64,000 bases of DNA from Acidimicrobiia bacterium (GTDB taxonomy: Bacteria; Actinomycetota; Acidimicrobiia; Spongiisociales; ZC4RG35): assembly GCA_035281645.1 (NCBI GenBank), contig DATEDN010000099.1, positions 7,201 to 71,200 on the forward strand, written 5' to 3'. The position numbers and the translations under genes were made by a program. Within the stretch, counting starts at the first letter, position 1; every line of letters starts with the position of its first letter. The notes beneath the pieces are model-generated. The model saw nothing but the letters and a program-made list of their open reading frames with translations. It made no database searches and was not told the origin of the DNA. Positions 54,468 through 63,785 of this stretch are shown one piece after another.

Positions 54468-55395
54468 TAGTCGTCGTGTCGGCCGACGTGGTGTTGGTGG
54501 TGGTCTCTGCCGGCCGGCCAACAACGGTGATCTCCTCGATGGCCAGTTCGTCAAACGGCTCCGTACCCTCCACCACTTCCGCCTGATAGACACTCTGGAC
54601 AGTGATGACGATGTAGTTGGCTCGAATCGTGGCGAAGTCGAAACCCTGTTCGCCCGGAGCGTCCTGCAGCTCCTGGGGAACCACAAAGGGGTTGCCTTCC
54701 GCCTCGATGGTGATGCCCTTGGCTCGGTAATTGCGCCGGAACCGGGTCTCATCCTCGAGATTGAGCCAGATGATCCTGGTCACCTCCATCGGCTGTGGGA
54801 AGGTAAGACGGATCTCGACTTCCTTCTCGCCTTCGGGCAGCTCGTTGTAGTTGACCTGGAACGAGCCGGCGTTGCCATCGATCAGGTTGGTACAAGAGAA
54901 ATCCCCACCGAGTCCCTCGGGAACACAGGAAGCCGTGAGAATGTCGAGTGGGGCGGGGTTCTCGATCTGCACTGCGCCGGCGGTAGTCGTGCTGGCGTCG
55001 GCTGCCAATGTCGTGGCTGTTGTCGCGTCGTCGCCGTTGATCAGGTTGATCAAGACTGCGATGATGACGACCAGGGCAATGAGGCCGAACAGCGCTCCCA
55101 GGGCGCGGACCCCGGCTGTGCTCTGGACGGCAGGCCGGGGTGCGGTTGGTAGCGGACCTTGGCGGAGCCGGGCACCACACTCCTCGCAGTGACGATTGGT
55201 CGAGGGGTTAGGGGCCCCGCAGGATGGACAGAGAGTGGGTTCGCCCCGCCGCGGTGGAGGCGGGCCTTCCTCCAGGTCGAACTCCTCGTACTCGTCCTCG
55301 TCTTTACCCAGGGTGTCTACCCAGCTCCCGCAGGTGGGACAGAACTCCTCGTCGACCACGGTCGCACCACAGTTGTCACACACATAACGGGCCAT
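54454..55395 (-). CDS. double zinc-ribbon / single-TM protein with an extracytoplasmic beta-rich (discoidin-like?) domain
   Basis: CDNCG...CPTCG and CPSCG...CEECG, TM LGALFGLIALVVIIAVLINLI, and a C-terminal Thr-rich tail. Start set at ATG 55395. Confidence 0.6.
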   Translation of the reverse strand: MARYVCDNCGATVVDEEFCPTCGSWVDTLGKDEDEYEEFDLEEGPPPPRRGEPTLCPSCGAPNPSTNRHCEECGARLRQGPLPTAPRPAVQSTAGVRALGALFGLIALVVIIAVLINLINGDDATTATTLAADASTTTAGAVQIENPAPLDILTASCVPEGLGGDFSCTNLIDGNAGSFQVNYNELPEGEKEVEIRLTFPQPMEVTRIIWLNLEDETRFRRNYRAKGITIEAEGNPFVVPQELQDAPGEQGFDFATIRANYIVITVQSVYQAEVVEGTEPFDELAIEEITVVGRPAETTTNTTSADTTTTTGG

Positions 55396-55580
55396 TCGGG
55401 CCGGTATTGTGCCACGCAGATGCTTTTTGCGGAGATCGCGGGCGGAGCCGACATCAGGCAAGCCGAGCCCTGGAACGCGTTCTCCGTTCTCGCGGCCCTC
55501 CTGCTCTTTGGAGCTATCGGTTACCTCGTCTGGAGAAGGGTTCGACGGCCCTAGCCAGGGAGGCAGAAGGAAAGTCGTTG

Positions 55581-56660
55581 GTGATAGCCTCGGGGGGCAT
55601 GCACGACTCGGTCCTTCTCGAGGTGCTGTCGCGGCTGGCTCCGGGGACCCCTCTGCGGCAAGCGCTCGAGCGCATTATCCAGCAAGGCAACGGTGCCCTG
55701 GTCGTGCTGGGACATGATGAGCTGGTCGACGACACGAGCTCGGGCGGATTCTGGCTGCAAGGGGTCGGTTTCAGTCCCCCCCGATTGGCTGAGCTCGCAA
55801 AGATGGACGGAGGCATCGTTCTCGACGACACCTGGGATCGGATCCTGGCGGCCAACGTCCATTTCCTCCCCGATCCCGATTTACCCACCGACGAGACCGG
55901 CTCCCGCCACCGAACCGCCGAGCGCCTCGCCCGTCAGACCGGAAAGCCGGTGGTGTCGGTCTCCGAAGGCCGGCGTATGGCGACCCTTTTCCACGATGGA
56001 CGCAAGGTCGAGCTGGCCCGACCCACGGTCCAGGCGGCCAGGGCCAATCAGGATCTCCACACGCTGGAACGATTGCGGCGCCGGCTCGATGACTCCGACG
56101 AGAGGCTGATGCATCTCGAAATCACCGGGTTGGCGACCTTCCGCAACGTCGTTCATGTTCTGCAACAAGGTGAGTTGGTTCGACGAATCGGACGCCAGAT
56201 CGAGACGCAGACAGTGACCCTGGGAGGAGAAGCGCGGTTGATCGTGGTGCAGCTGACCGAGCTCACTCGCGGGATCGAACAGCTAGTCGCCTCGACCTTG
56301 ACTGATTACCTGGGGGGCCGTCGGGCCCGATTCGTGCCGGAGGCGACGGAAAGCCTGGCTCTGCTGAGCGACGAGGAGCTGGAGGACGCCACTCTCGTCG
56401 GTAAGGCCGTTGGATTCGGAGACCTCGACGAGCTGGCCCGGCCCCGCGGGGTGAGACTTCTCGCCAAAGTAGGCCGTTTGCCGGAAGCTACCCGTGAGAA
56501 TTTGCTGCGCCATTTCAAGACCGTGGAGCGACTCTTGGCGGCAACCACAGCCGAGCTTGAAGAGGTAGAAGGTATCGGCGACGCCCGGGCTTCGATGCTG
56601 CGCCGCTACTTCGATAGGTGGCGGACAGCCGCCGCCGCTTGGGATCCGGATCCGACCTGA
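55581..56660 (+). CDS. disA: DNA integrity scanning protein DisA (diadenylate cyclase)
   Basis: [45 protein letters not shown]-terminal HhH. GTG 55581 lies 9 nt after GAAGGA; ATG 55599 is an alternative start. Confidence 0.9.
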   Translation: MIASGGMHDSVLLEVLSRLAPGTPLRQALERIIQQGNGALVVLGHDELVDDTSSGGFWLQGVGFSPPRLAELAKMDGGIVLDDTWDRILAANVHFLPDPDLPTDETGSRHRTAERLARQTGKPVVSVSEGRRMATLFHDGRKVELARPTVQAARANQDLHTLERLRRRLDDSDERLMHLEITGLATFRNVVHVLQQGELVRRIGRQIETQTVTLGGEARLIVVQLTELTRGIEQLVASTLTDYLGGRRARFVPEATESLALLSDEELEDATLVGKAVGFGDLDELARPRGVRLLAKVGRLPEATRENLLRHFKTVERLLAATTAELEEVEGIGDARASMLRRYFDRWRTAAAAWDPDPT

Positions 56661-56679
56661 CGGGTACAATGCCCGTCCC

Positions 56680-57546
56680 TTGGCTGCAAAGAAAACCAAC
56701 CGCTCCCTAAAGCGCTCGACCGTCCCGGCCAAGAAGGCTCCCGCCAAGAAATCTGGGACGAAGAGCGGCACCGCCAAGAAAGCTGCCGCCAAGAAGGCAC
56801 CGGTCAAGAAGGCTGCGGCCAAGAAGGCTGTGGCTACGGCGAAGGCACCGGCCAAAAAAGCTCCAGTCAAGAAGGCTGCCGCCAAGAAGGCACCGGCCAA
56901 GAAGGTCCCCGCCAAGAAGACGGCCCCTGCCAAGGCGCCCGCCAAGAAGGCCGGGCCACCTCCCAAGGCTGTGGCCAAGAGAGCCGAGCGAGCTCCCGAG
57001 GAAACCAAGCTGCCCGAACCCAAGAAGGGTCCCGCCACCTCGCGCTACAGCGTCGGCGACAAGGTGGTTCACCCCCAGCACGGTGCTGCCACCATCGCCA
57101 AGCGGGTCAAGCAGTCCTTCGACGGACAGTCCCGCGAGTACTACGTACTCGACATCTCGACCGAATCGCTGACGGTGATGATCCCAGTCGACAGGGTCGA
57201 TTCCGTGGTGAGATCGGTGATCTCCAAGACCGCCTCCAAGAACGTGCTCGCCTCTCTCAAGGGTGAACCTCAGGAGGCCGGCGCCAACTGGAGCCGCTGG
57301 TACAAGGTCCTCACCGAGAAGATGTATTCAGGCGACATCTTCCAGGTGGCGGAGGTGGTTCGAGACCTTTCCTTCTCGCAACAGACCAAGGGGATTTCGC
57401 CAGCGTTGAAGCGGATGCTCTCGAAGGCCCGCATGACTTTGATATCGGAGCTTTCGTTCTCGCTCGAAGTCGACGAGGAGGAAGCAACCAATCGTCTCGA
57501 TCGGGCGTTGCCCAAGGTCGAGGGCGCTCTCCTCCCCATCGACTGA
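56680..57546 (+). CDS. carD: CarD-family RNA polymerase-binding regulator with an N-terminal AKKA-repeat extension of about 120 aa
   Basis: Core [17 protein letters not shown]...REYYVLD...NWSRWYK...VVRDL. N-terminal [15 protein letters not shown] repeats lie in the same frame starting at TTG 56680, 19 nt after the disA stop. Confidence 0.8.
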   Translation: MAAKKTNRSLKRSTVPAKKAPAKKSGTKSGTAKKAAAKKAPVKKAAAKKAVATAKAPAKKAPVKKAAAKKAPAKKVPAKKTAPAKAPAKKAGPPPKAVAKRAERAPEETKLPEPKKGPATSRYSVGDKVVHPQHGAATIAKRVKQSFDGQSREYYVLDISTESLTVMIPVDRVDSVVRSVISKTASKNVLASLKGEPQEAGANWSRWYKVLTEKMYSGDIFQVAEVVRDLSFSQQTKGISPALKRMLSKARMTLISELSFSLEVDEEEATNRLDRALPKVEGALLPID

Positions 57547-57548
57547 AA

Positions 57549-58022
57549 TTGAGCGAGCTTCGGGCCGGGATCGGCTTTGATGCCCACCGCTTTGGGCCCA
57601 ATCCCCCGATCAAGCTGGCGGGGGTCGTGGTCGACACGGAGCGAGGGATCGAGGCAACCTCGGACGGGGACGTTGTCGCGCACGCCATTGCCGATGCCAT
57701 TCTCGGGGCCTGTGGCCTGGGCGACCTGGGCGATCACTTTCCGTCCGATGATCCTCAGTCTCAGGGCGCCGACAGCATGTTGCTCCTGCGAACGGTTTTT
57801 CGTCTTGCCCGGGCCTGGAGGTGGTGGATCAACAGCGTCGACGTGACGGTCATCGCCGAAGACGTGAGAGTCTCCCCTCACCGTGAGGCGATGACCGGGG
57901 CGCTCAAGTCCCTGCTCGAGTGCGAGGCGGTTTCGATCAAGGGGACCACCACCGACCAGATGGGGGCAATCGGGAAGGGAGAAGGCCTCGCTGCCCTGGC
58001 AGTGGTCACCGTTACGATTTGA
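57549..58022 (+). CDS. ispF: 2-C-methyl-D-erythritol 2,4-cyclodiphosphate synthase
   Basis: GIGFDAHRF, SDGDVVAHA, GDLGDHFP. Confidence 0.95.
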   Translation: MSELRAGIGFDAHRFGPNPPIKLAGVVVDTERGIEATSDGDVVAHAIADAILGACGLGDLGDHFPSDDPQSQGADSMLLLRTVFRLARAWRWWINSVDVTVIAEDVRVSPHREAMTGALKSLLECEAVSIKGTTTDQMGAIGKGEGLAALAVVTVTI

Positions 58023-58025
58023 TGC

Positions 58026-59420
58026 TTGCGGGTCCATTCCACTCTTCACCGCGGGCTGATTGAGCTCGAACCGGCTTCACCGGGTGAAGTCGGGATCTAT
58101 GTCTGCGGAGCGACGGTTCAGTCCGAGCCCCATGTCGGCCATGGTCGCTACGCCGTTGTCTTCGATGTCATCCGTCGCTACCTGACCTGGCGGGGGAACA
58201 GGGTGCGATACGTGCGCAACATCACCGATATCGACGACAAGATCATCGCTGCTGCCGCCGCGGCTGGCGAAACGGTCGCCGATCGCGCCAAACGGATCGA
58301 GGCTCTATTTGATGAGTCATATCGGGCCCTGGGCGTTCTTCCACCCGATGTCGAACCTCGGGCCACCGAACACGTTGCCGACATGATTGCCCTGATCGAA
58401 ACCCTGATCGAGCGAGGCTTGGCATATCCAGCCCCAAATGGAGATGTCTATTTCGCGGTTCGGGCTTTGGAAAGCTACGGCAAGCTTTCCGGCCGAAACC
58501 CAGAAGAGATGCGGGCAGGGGCGCGCATCGAAGTATCGGATATGAAAAACGATCCGCTTGACTTCGCCCTGTGGAAGGCGGCCAAGGCGGGGGAGCCTTC
58601 CTGGGATTCACCCTGGGGGCCCGGGCGCCCGGGATGGCACATCGAGTGCTCTGCGATGGCGGCGCGCTATCTCGGAGCGGATTTCGCGATTCACGGAGGC
58701 GGGAACGACCTCATCTTTCCTCACCACGAGAATGAGATCGCCCAGTCCGAAGGCGCGACCGGAAAGACCTTTGCCAGGTACTGGCTGCACAACGGGATGC
58801 TCAACCTCTCTGGTGAGAAGATGTCGAAGTCCACCGGGAGGCTGATCGAGCTCAGCGAGGCTATCAAGAGATTCGGAGGCATGAGTCTCCGACTCTTCTA
58901 TCTCCGGGCTCACTACCGCTCGCCTCTCGAGTTCTCCGAGGAGCTCCTCGAAGGCGCCGCCTCCAGTTACGAGCGGCTGCAACGGTTCCTGGCCCGATCG
59001 CAGAGCGCAACCGAAGTCCCGCCCGACCCCGACCTGATGGAACGATTCGTGACCGCTATGGACGATGACTTCGGGACGCCACAGGCAATGGCCCTGGTTT
59101 TCGAAGCGGTCGGTGAGGCCAATCGCGCCCTCGACGCCGGCGGCTCCTTACCCGGCCACGAAGCCGCCATCAGGGAGATGTTGACAGTGCTCGGATTCAC
59201 ACCGAGAAAGGTTGACGACAAGGACATCAACCGATTGGCGACCGAGCTCGGGCTGTCAGCAGATGGCCTCGACGAAACCATGAACGCCATCCTTGCCGCC
59301 CGGGCCGAGGCTCGATCCCAGCGTGACTTCTCTCGGTCGGATCTCATTCGGGATCGCCTGGAAGCAGCGGGAATCGTCGTCGAGGACACTCCTGATGGCG
59401 CTCGCTGGTTTCGGCGATAG
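58026..59420 (+). CDS. cysS: cysteine--tRNA ligase
   Basis: HVGH (HIGH) motif, KMSKS, and WHIEC. Confidence 0.95.
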   Translation: MRVHSTLHRGLIELEPASPGEVGIYVCGATVQSEPHVGHGRYAVVFDVIRRYLTWRGNRVRYVRNITDIDDKIIAAAAAAGETVADRAKRIEALFDESYRALGVLPPDVEPRATEHVADMIALIETLIERGLAYPAPNGDVYFAVRALESYGKLSGRNPEEMRAGARIEVSDMKNDPLDFALWKAAKAGEPSWDSPWGPGRPGWHIECSAMAARYLGADFAIHGGGNDLIFPHHENEIAQSEGATGKTFARYWLHNGMLNLSGEKMSKSTGRLIELSEAIKRFGGMSLRLFYLRAHYRSPLEFSEELLEGAASSYERLQRFLARSQSATEVPPDPDLMERFVTAMDDDFGTPQAMALVFEAVGEANRALDAGGSLPGHEAAIREMLTVLGFTPRKVDDKDINRLATELGLSADGLDETMNAILAARAEARSQRDFSRSDLIRDRLEAAGIVVEDTPDGARWFRR

Positions 59421-60129
59421 GGTCGAAGGCCTCCATGCCGTAGCAGCTGCGGCGGCGGCGGGACGGGTCGTTCAGCTTTGGGTGGAACGCGGCCGTCTTC
59501 GCCGTCCGGAGGTCCAGTCCGTGGTCGACATGGTGCTGGCCGCGGGCGGCACGGTCTCCGAGGTCGACGAAGTGATCTCTTTAGCTGAGACAACGGCGCC
59601 CCAAGGTCTCGTAGCCCGATGTGTGCCGCGCCTTGAGACCTCGCTGGAGGAATTGACAAGTGGAGCCGGCCCTGCGGCCGTGATGGTCCTCGACCATGTC
59701 GTCGACCCGCACAACGTCGGTGCCATTGCCCGCTCGGTAGCCGCCGCTGGGCTCTCGGGTTTGGTCCTGCCGAGCCGGCGCGCGGCCCCTCTCTCGGCCG
59801 CCGCCTTCAAAGCCGCCGCCGGAGCGCTCGAGACTGTTTCCATCTCTCGGGTCAGCTCGATTGCCGAGGCCCTCAGTCGTCTCCAACGCATGGGCTTGTG
59901 GTCGATCGGCCTCGACCAGGAGGCGGAACAGGTCCTCTGGGGTTTGCCGCTTCTCAGCGAACCGGCGGCCCTCGTCGTTGGAGAGGAGGGAACCGGCCTG
60001 AGCCGACTGGTTGGGGAGCGAGTCGAAGTCCGGGTGCGTATTCCGATCGCTCCCTCGGTGGAGAGCCTCAACGCCTCCGTTGCCGCGGCTTTGGCGGCGT
60101 TTGAGGTCTCCCGAGTTCGCAGTCTCTAG
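59395..60129 (+). CDS. rlmB: 23S rRNA (guanosine-2'-O)-methyltransferase RlmB (SpoU/TrmH family)
   Basis: LDHVVDPHNVGAIARS, VVGEEGTGL, SLNASVAAA. Start set at ATG 59395, overlapping cysS by 26 nt. Confidence 0.85.
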   Translation: MALAGFGDRVEGLHAVAAAAAAGRVVQLWVERGRLRRPEVQSVVDMVLAAGGTVSEVDEVISLAETTAPQGLVARCVPRLETSLEELTSGAGPAAVMVLDHVVDPHNVGAIARSVAAAGLSGLVLPSRRAAPLSAAAFKAAAGALETVSISRVSSIAEALSRLQRMGLWSIGLDQEAEQVLWGLPLLSEPAALVVGEEGTGLSRLVGERVEVRVRIPIAPSVESLNASVAAALAAFEVSRVRSL

Positions 60130-60131
60130 AG

Positions 60132-60204
60132 AGCTGGCGGAGGGAATCGAACCCACGCGCTCCCGCTTACAAGGCGGGTGCTCTGCCAACTGAGCTACGC
60201 CAGC
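60132..60204 (-). tRNA. tRNA-Thr (anticodon TGT)
   Basis: The reverse complement folds as a cloverleaf: acceptor GCTGGCG/CGCCAGC, D-arm GTAGCTCAGTTGGCAGAGCA, anticodon stem CCCGC/GCGGG with loop CTTGTAA, T-loop GGGTTCGATTCCC. Confidence 0.9.
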
Positions 60205-60323
60205 GCGAGCTGAATTTTATTGGCCACGCCGTCGTCTTCGATCGGATTCAAATGCCCGCCCTACACCTGCAGGCTCGATAGCCTTTTTGCCGATGTTCGA
60301 TCGTCATCTGCGTCGGAACTGAT

Positions 60324-60863
60324 ATGTCCGGTCGGCATGCAGCACCCGTCGGGCGAAACTTCTACCGGGATTTGGCAACGATGCTGGGAGGGATCATCGT
60401 CGTCGCAATCCTGGTCTATGGATTGCTCTGGTTCTTCGCCGGCCGCGACAACGTTCCACCACCCACATCGCAGGCCGCGCAACCGACGACGACTACGGCT
60501 GCGGTGACCACGACTCGCCAGCTCGTCAGCAATTCGACTTCGACGACCGAGGTCCCCACGACGACTGCCGTCACCTTGCGAGCGCCCGAAGAGGTTCGAG
60601 TCCTGGTCCTCAATGCAGTCGGCGTCACCGGGCTGGCGGCGGACGTGACCGAAGACCTGCAGGGATTCGGATACCAGGTCCTGACCCCTTCCAACTATCA
60701 GCCCGCCCTCGAGCAATCTCGGGTTTGGTACTGGCCGGCTTTCGAGGCTGAGGCTTTCGAGTTGGCTGGAGTGGCTTTTCCGGACGCCCTCGTCGAGCTC
60801 AACAATGAGCTGACCACCGACGCCGACATCGTCGTGATCTTGGGCGCCTCGTTCGAGCGCTGA
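60324..60863 (+). CDS. LytR_C (LytR cell-envelope-related C-terminal) domain membrane protein
   Basis: N-terminal TM, Thr-rich linker, then VRVLVLNAVGVTGLAADVTEDLQGFGY...ADIVVILG. Confidence 0.7.
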   Translation: MSGRHAAPVGRNFYRDLATMLGGIIVVAILVYGLLWFFAGRDNVPPPTSQAAQPTTTTAAVTTTRQLVSNSTSTTEVPTTTAVTLRAPEEVRVLVLNAVGVTGLAADVTEDLQGFGYQVLTPSNYQPALEQSRVWYWPAFEAEAFELAGVAFPDALVELNNELTTDADIVVILGASFER

Positions 60864-60889
60864 ATGTCGGAGCCGTTCCCGCGGGACGA

Positions 60890-61756
60890 ATGACCGGTAG
60901 CTGGGAGCGGCCACAGAGCGCCTGGCCGCTCGGAGCCTGGATCATGGCCGCGATGCTGACGACCGCCGCCGCAGTCGCCATTTCGACTTCGGTTCTGGCT
61001 CCCGGATTGTTGCTCGACGCCATATCGCTCTGGCCGGGTCTCGTCCCTGCCTTGATGGCCCTTTTCGTAGTGGCGTTTCGGAAGGCCTGGCGTCGACGAG
61101 CGGGAGCGGTTCCTCCGCTATTGGTCATCACCTGGCTGCTCCTTGCCAGTGCCGCTCACCTCTCGGCGTGGGTGGCCCTTCCCTCATCATCCGGCGAGCT
61201 GATCGGCCCCGCGAACGGGGCAGGAGTCGAGCTGGCCACGGCATCGATCTCTCCGGCGGGGCGGCTCGTCATCGAGCCGAGCACCGACGATGCTCTTTAC
61301 CAGGTGCGCTTCCTGCGGCTGGGAGGCCCGGTGGGAATCCCCACCGCCACCGAGGTCGCCGGGGGCACAGGTCTCAACATTTCGGTCGCCGATCGGGGGA
61401 CCACTCGCTGGTTCCGCTATGCCGGCTGGCGGCTCTTGCTTCGCCCCGAGACGGTCTGGAACCTAAATCTGGGCGGGGATGTCAGCGGCGACCTCAGCGC
61501 CCTGACCCTGGGCTCGTTGACCCTCAATGGATCCGGCACCGTGACTCTGAACACTGCTTCTCAGTCAACGCCTCTGGCGGTGCTCGGCTCGTATGTGATC
61601 AACCTTCCGGCCGGAGCGTTCGCCAGCGTGAGCGGCCAAGCGGAGGTGCCGGAGTCATGGATCGAGACCGAGGATGGGTTCGCTTCTGGGGTGGAGGGAG
61701 AGGGTTGGATCATCAGCGTTGCCGAGGAAGGCTCCCTTCGGGTCAACCAGCCCTAA
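60890..61756 (+). CDS. hypothetical membrane protein with a beta-rich C-terminal domain (DUF4097/LiaF-like guess)
   Basis: Three to four N-terminal TM helices. C-terminal repeats LNLGGDVSGDLSALTLGSLTLNGSGTVTLN. Confidence 0.45.
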   Translation: MTGSWERPQSAWPLGAWIMAAMLTTAAAVAISTSVLAPGLLLDAISLWPGLVPALMALFVVAFRKAWRRRAGAVPPLLVITWLLLASAAHLSAWVALPSSSGELIGPANGAGVELATASISPAGRLVIEPSTDDALYQVRFLRLGGPVGIPTATEVAGGTGLNISVADRGTTRWFRYAGWRLLLRPETVWNLNLGGDVSGDLSALTLGSLTLNGSGTVTLNTASQSTPLAVLGSYVINLPAGAFASVSGQAEVPESWIETEDGFASGVEGEGWIISVAEEGSLRVNQP

Positions 61757-61772
61757 GTAAACTTCCGCCCAG

Positions 61773-62990
61773 ATGATCGAGGAGACGACCCGCGAGCGGA
61801 TTCAACGCTTCGCCCTCCTCGTCTGGAGCGTCATCGGGGTTCTGGCCCTGGTTTGGCTGCTGATCCGAATCGCCGAGAGCATTCGCATCATCTGGCTACC
61901 GCTGGCCTTCGCTGCCGGACTCGTCTTCCTACTAAATCCACTCGTCAACTACTTCGAGGCTCGCCGGATCCCCCGCGTGGCGGGCACCTTCCTCGCCTTC
62001 GCCTTTCTTGTGGCCGTGATCGTGGCCGGCTTCTCGCTGCTGGTACCGGCGATTCGAACCCAGGCCGAGGCCTTCGCTTCTTCGCTGCCCGAAACCTATG
62101 ACGTGGTCCTGACCTGGATCGACGACGTGGCAGAGAGGTTCAATATCGAAGTCGATCTGTCGCAAGGGGCGATCGCCGAGTGGTTGGCGGATCCCGCCAA
62201 TCAGGAAACGATCCAGCAAGTGGTCGGCAACTTCGGATCCTTGGGAGGACGACTGGTCCGAGGGGTGGCTGAAGGCCTGGCGGTCCTGGTGCTGGCTCCC
62301 TTGCTTGCCCTTTACATGTTGATCGACCTCCGCCGCGGTAAGGCGTTGGCGGTCGAGCTAACTCCCCCCCGACATCGTGAGGAGGCGGTCTATGTCGCCG
62401 GCGAGGTGGCGACCGCGCTGGGTTCCTTTGTCCGTGGACAACTCCTCGTCGCATTCATCGTTGGGGTGGCATCGTCCATCGGCCTCTGGCTTCTCGGCAT
62501 CCCCTTCTGGCTGATCATCGGGATCCTGGCCGGAATCCTCAATCTCATCCCCTTCGCTGGTCCGGTTGTCGGGGGGGCGCTTGCAGCCATCGTCGCCCTG
62601 CTCGATGCGTCGGTGGGGAAGGCTCTGCTGGCGATATTGGTGTTCACCCTGATCCAACAGATCGACAACCACGTCATCACGCCACTTGTCCAGCGGGCCC
62701 GGGTGCAACTGTCGCCGATGGTGATCGTGCTGGCGCTGATTGTCGGGGGCTCGCTCGCCGGGCTCCTGGGAGTGCTGGTGGCGGTTCCACTGACCGCCGC
62801 GGTTCGGATCGTCGTCGGTCACCTGTGGCGAACCCGGATGCTCGGCCAGAGCTGGGACGAGGCTTCCCAGCGGATGATCGAACTGAGACCACCGCCCGAC
62901 CGGATCGTCGGGATTCGCCGCCGTAATGTCGCCGGCCAGCAGCGACTCTTCGACACGGCCGAGCGCCCCGCCGTCCCCGTCGAAAAGTAA
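61773..62990 (+). CDS. AI-2E (PerM/UPF0118) family transporter
   Basis: Polytopic, with LNLIPFAGPVVGG and the QQIDNHVITP signature. Confidence 0.85.
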   Translation: MIEETTRERIQRFALLVWSVIGVLALVWLLIRIAESIRIIWLPLAFAAGLVFLLNPLVNYFEARRIPRVAGTFLAFAFLVAVIVAGFSLLVPAIRTQAEAFASSLPETYDVVLTWIDDVAERFNIEVDLSQGAIAEWLADPANQETIQQVVGNFGSLGGRLVRGVAEGLAVLVLAPLLALYMLIDLRRGKALAVELTPPRHREEAVYVAGEVATALGSFVRGQLLVAFIVGVASSIGLWLLGIPFWLIIGILAGILNLIPFAGPVVGGALAAIVALLDASVGKALLAILVFTLIQQIDNHVITPLVQRARVQLSPMVIVLALIVGGSLAGLLGVLVAVPLTAAVRIVVGHLWRTRMLGQSWDEASQRMIELRPPPDRIVGIRRRNVAGQQRLFDTAERPAVPVEK

Positions 62991-62998
62991 CCCCCCCT

Positions 62999-63050
62999 CC
63001 TTCTTGCGTAAATCTCGTCACATAAACGTGACGAGATTTACGCAAGAAGG
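62999..63050. terminator. 23-bp perfect inverted repeat (bidirectional terminator candidate) between convergent genes
   Basis: CCTTCTTGCGTAAATCTCGTCAC - ATAAAC - GTGACGAGATTTACGCAAGAAGG. AT-rich relative to its surroundings, with no T-tract. Confidence 0.7.
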
Positions 63051-63059
63051 GAAAGGAAG

Positions 63060-63785
63060 TCAGCCTTCGAGTTCGCCGAGATAAGCCTTCGAGAGTTCGG
63101 GGTTGGCCAGCAACGCTTCGGCGCTGTCCTTCATGACGATCCGGCCGGTTTGGATCACATACCCCCGATCGGCAATCCCGAGCGCGACATTGGCGTTCTG
63201 CTCGACGACGAGGATGGTGATGCCTTGCTTTGAGATCTCGGCGATGGTCTCGAATACCTGCTCGACCAGAATCGGCGCCAGGCCCATCGATGGCTCGTCC
63301 ATGAGTAACACCGAGGGCTGGGCCATCAATGCCCGGCCGATGGCGAGCATCTGCTGCTCCCCACCGGAGAGCGTCCCCGCCTTCTGGGCCACCCGTTCTT
63401 TTAGCCGGGGAAACATCGTAAAGACACGATCGATGTCGGATTCGATCGCCGGTCGATCATCGCGCAGCTGGGCGCCGATCTCGAGGTTCTCGCGCACGGT
63501 CATCTTGGCGAAGAGGCGCCGGTTCTCCGGAACCATCGTGATTCCCTTGGCCACGATGGCGGGAGTCGCCAGGCCATCGATTCTCTCTCCCCGCAGGGTC
63601 ACGCTTCCTTGGCGAGTCGGAACCATGCCGAGGATCGTTCGAAGGGTGGTCGATTTCCCGGCCGCGTTTGAACCGAGGAGGCAGACCGTTTCCCCTTCGT
63701 TGACGGTGAGGCTGATGCCGTGGAGCACCTCAGACGCCCCGTAACCGGAAACAACTTCGTCCATCTCCAGGACCGGAGTGCTCAC
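63060..63785 (-). CDS. livF: branched-chain amino acid ABC transporter ATP-binding protein (LivF type)
   Basis: GSNAAGKST, LSGGEQQML, VEQN, C-terminal AYLG. Confidence 0.85.
   Translation of the reverse strand: MSTPVLEMDEVVSGYGASEVLHGISLTVNEGETVCLLGSNAAGKSTTLRTILGMVPTRQGSVTLRGERIDGLATPAIVAKGITMVPENRRLFAKMTVRENLEIGAQLRDDRPAIESDIDRVFTMFPRLKERVAQKAGTLSGGEQQMLAIGRALMAQPSVLLMDEPSMGLAPILVEQVFETIAEISKQGITILVVEQNANVALGIADRGYVIQTGRIVMKDSAEALLANPELSKAYLGELEG

Noticed and set aside
56283-57038. 251-aa minus-strand ORF ([10 protein letters not shown] repeats)
   Set aside because: It is the mirror image of the AKKA repeat coding region of carD. Its openness is a by-product of GCC-AAG-AAG periodicity.
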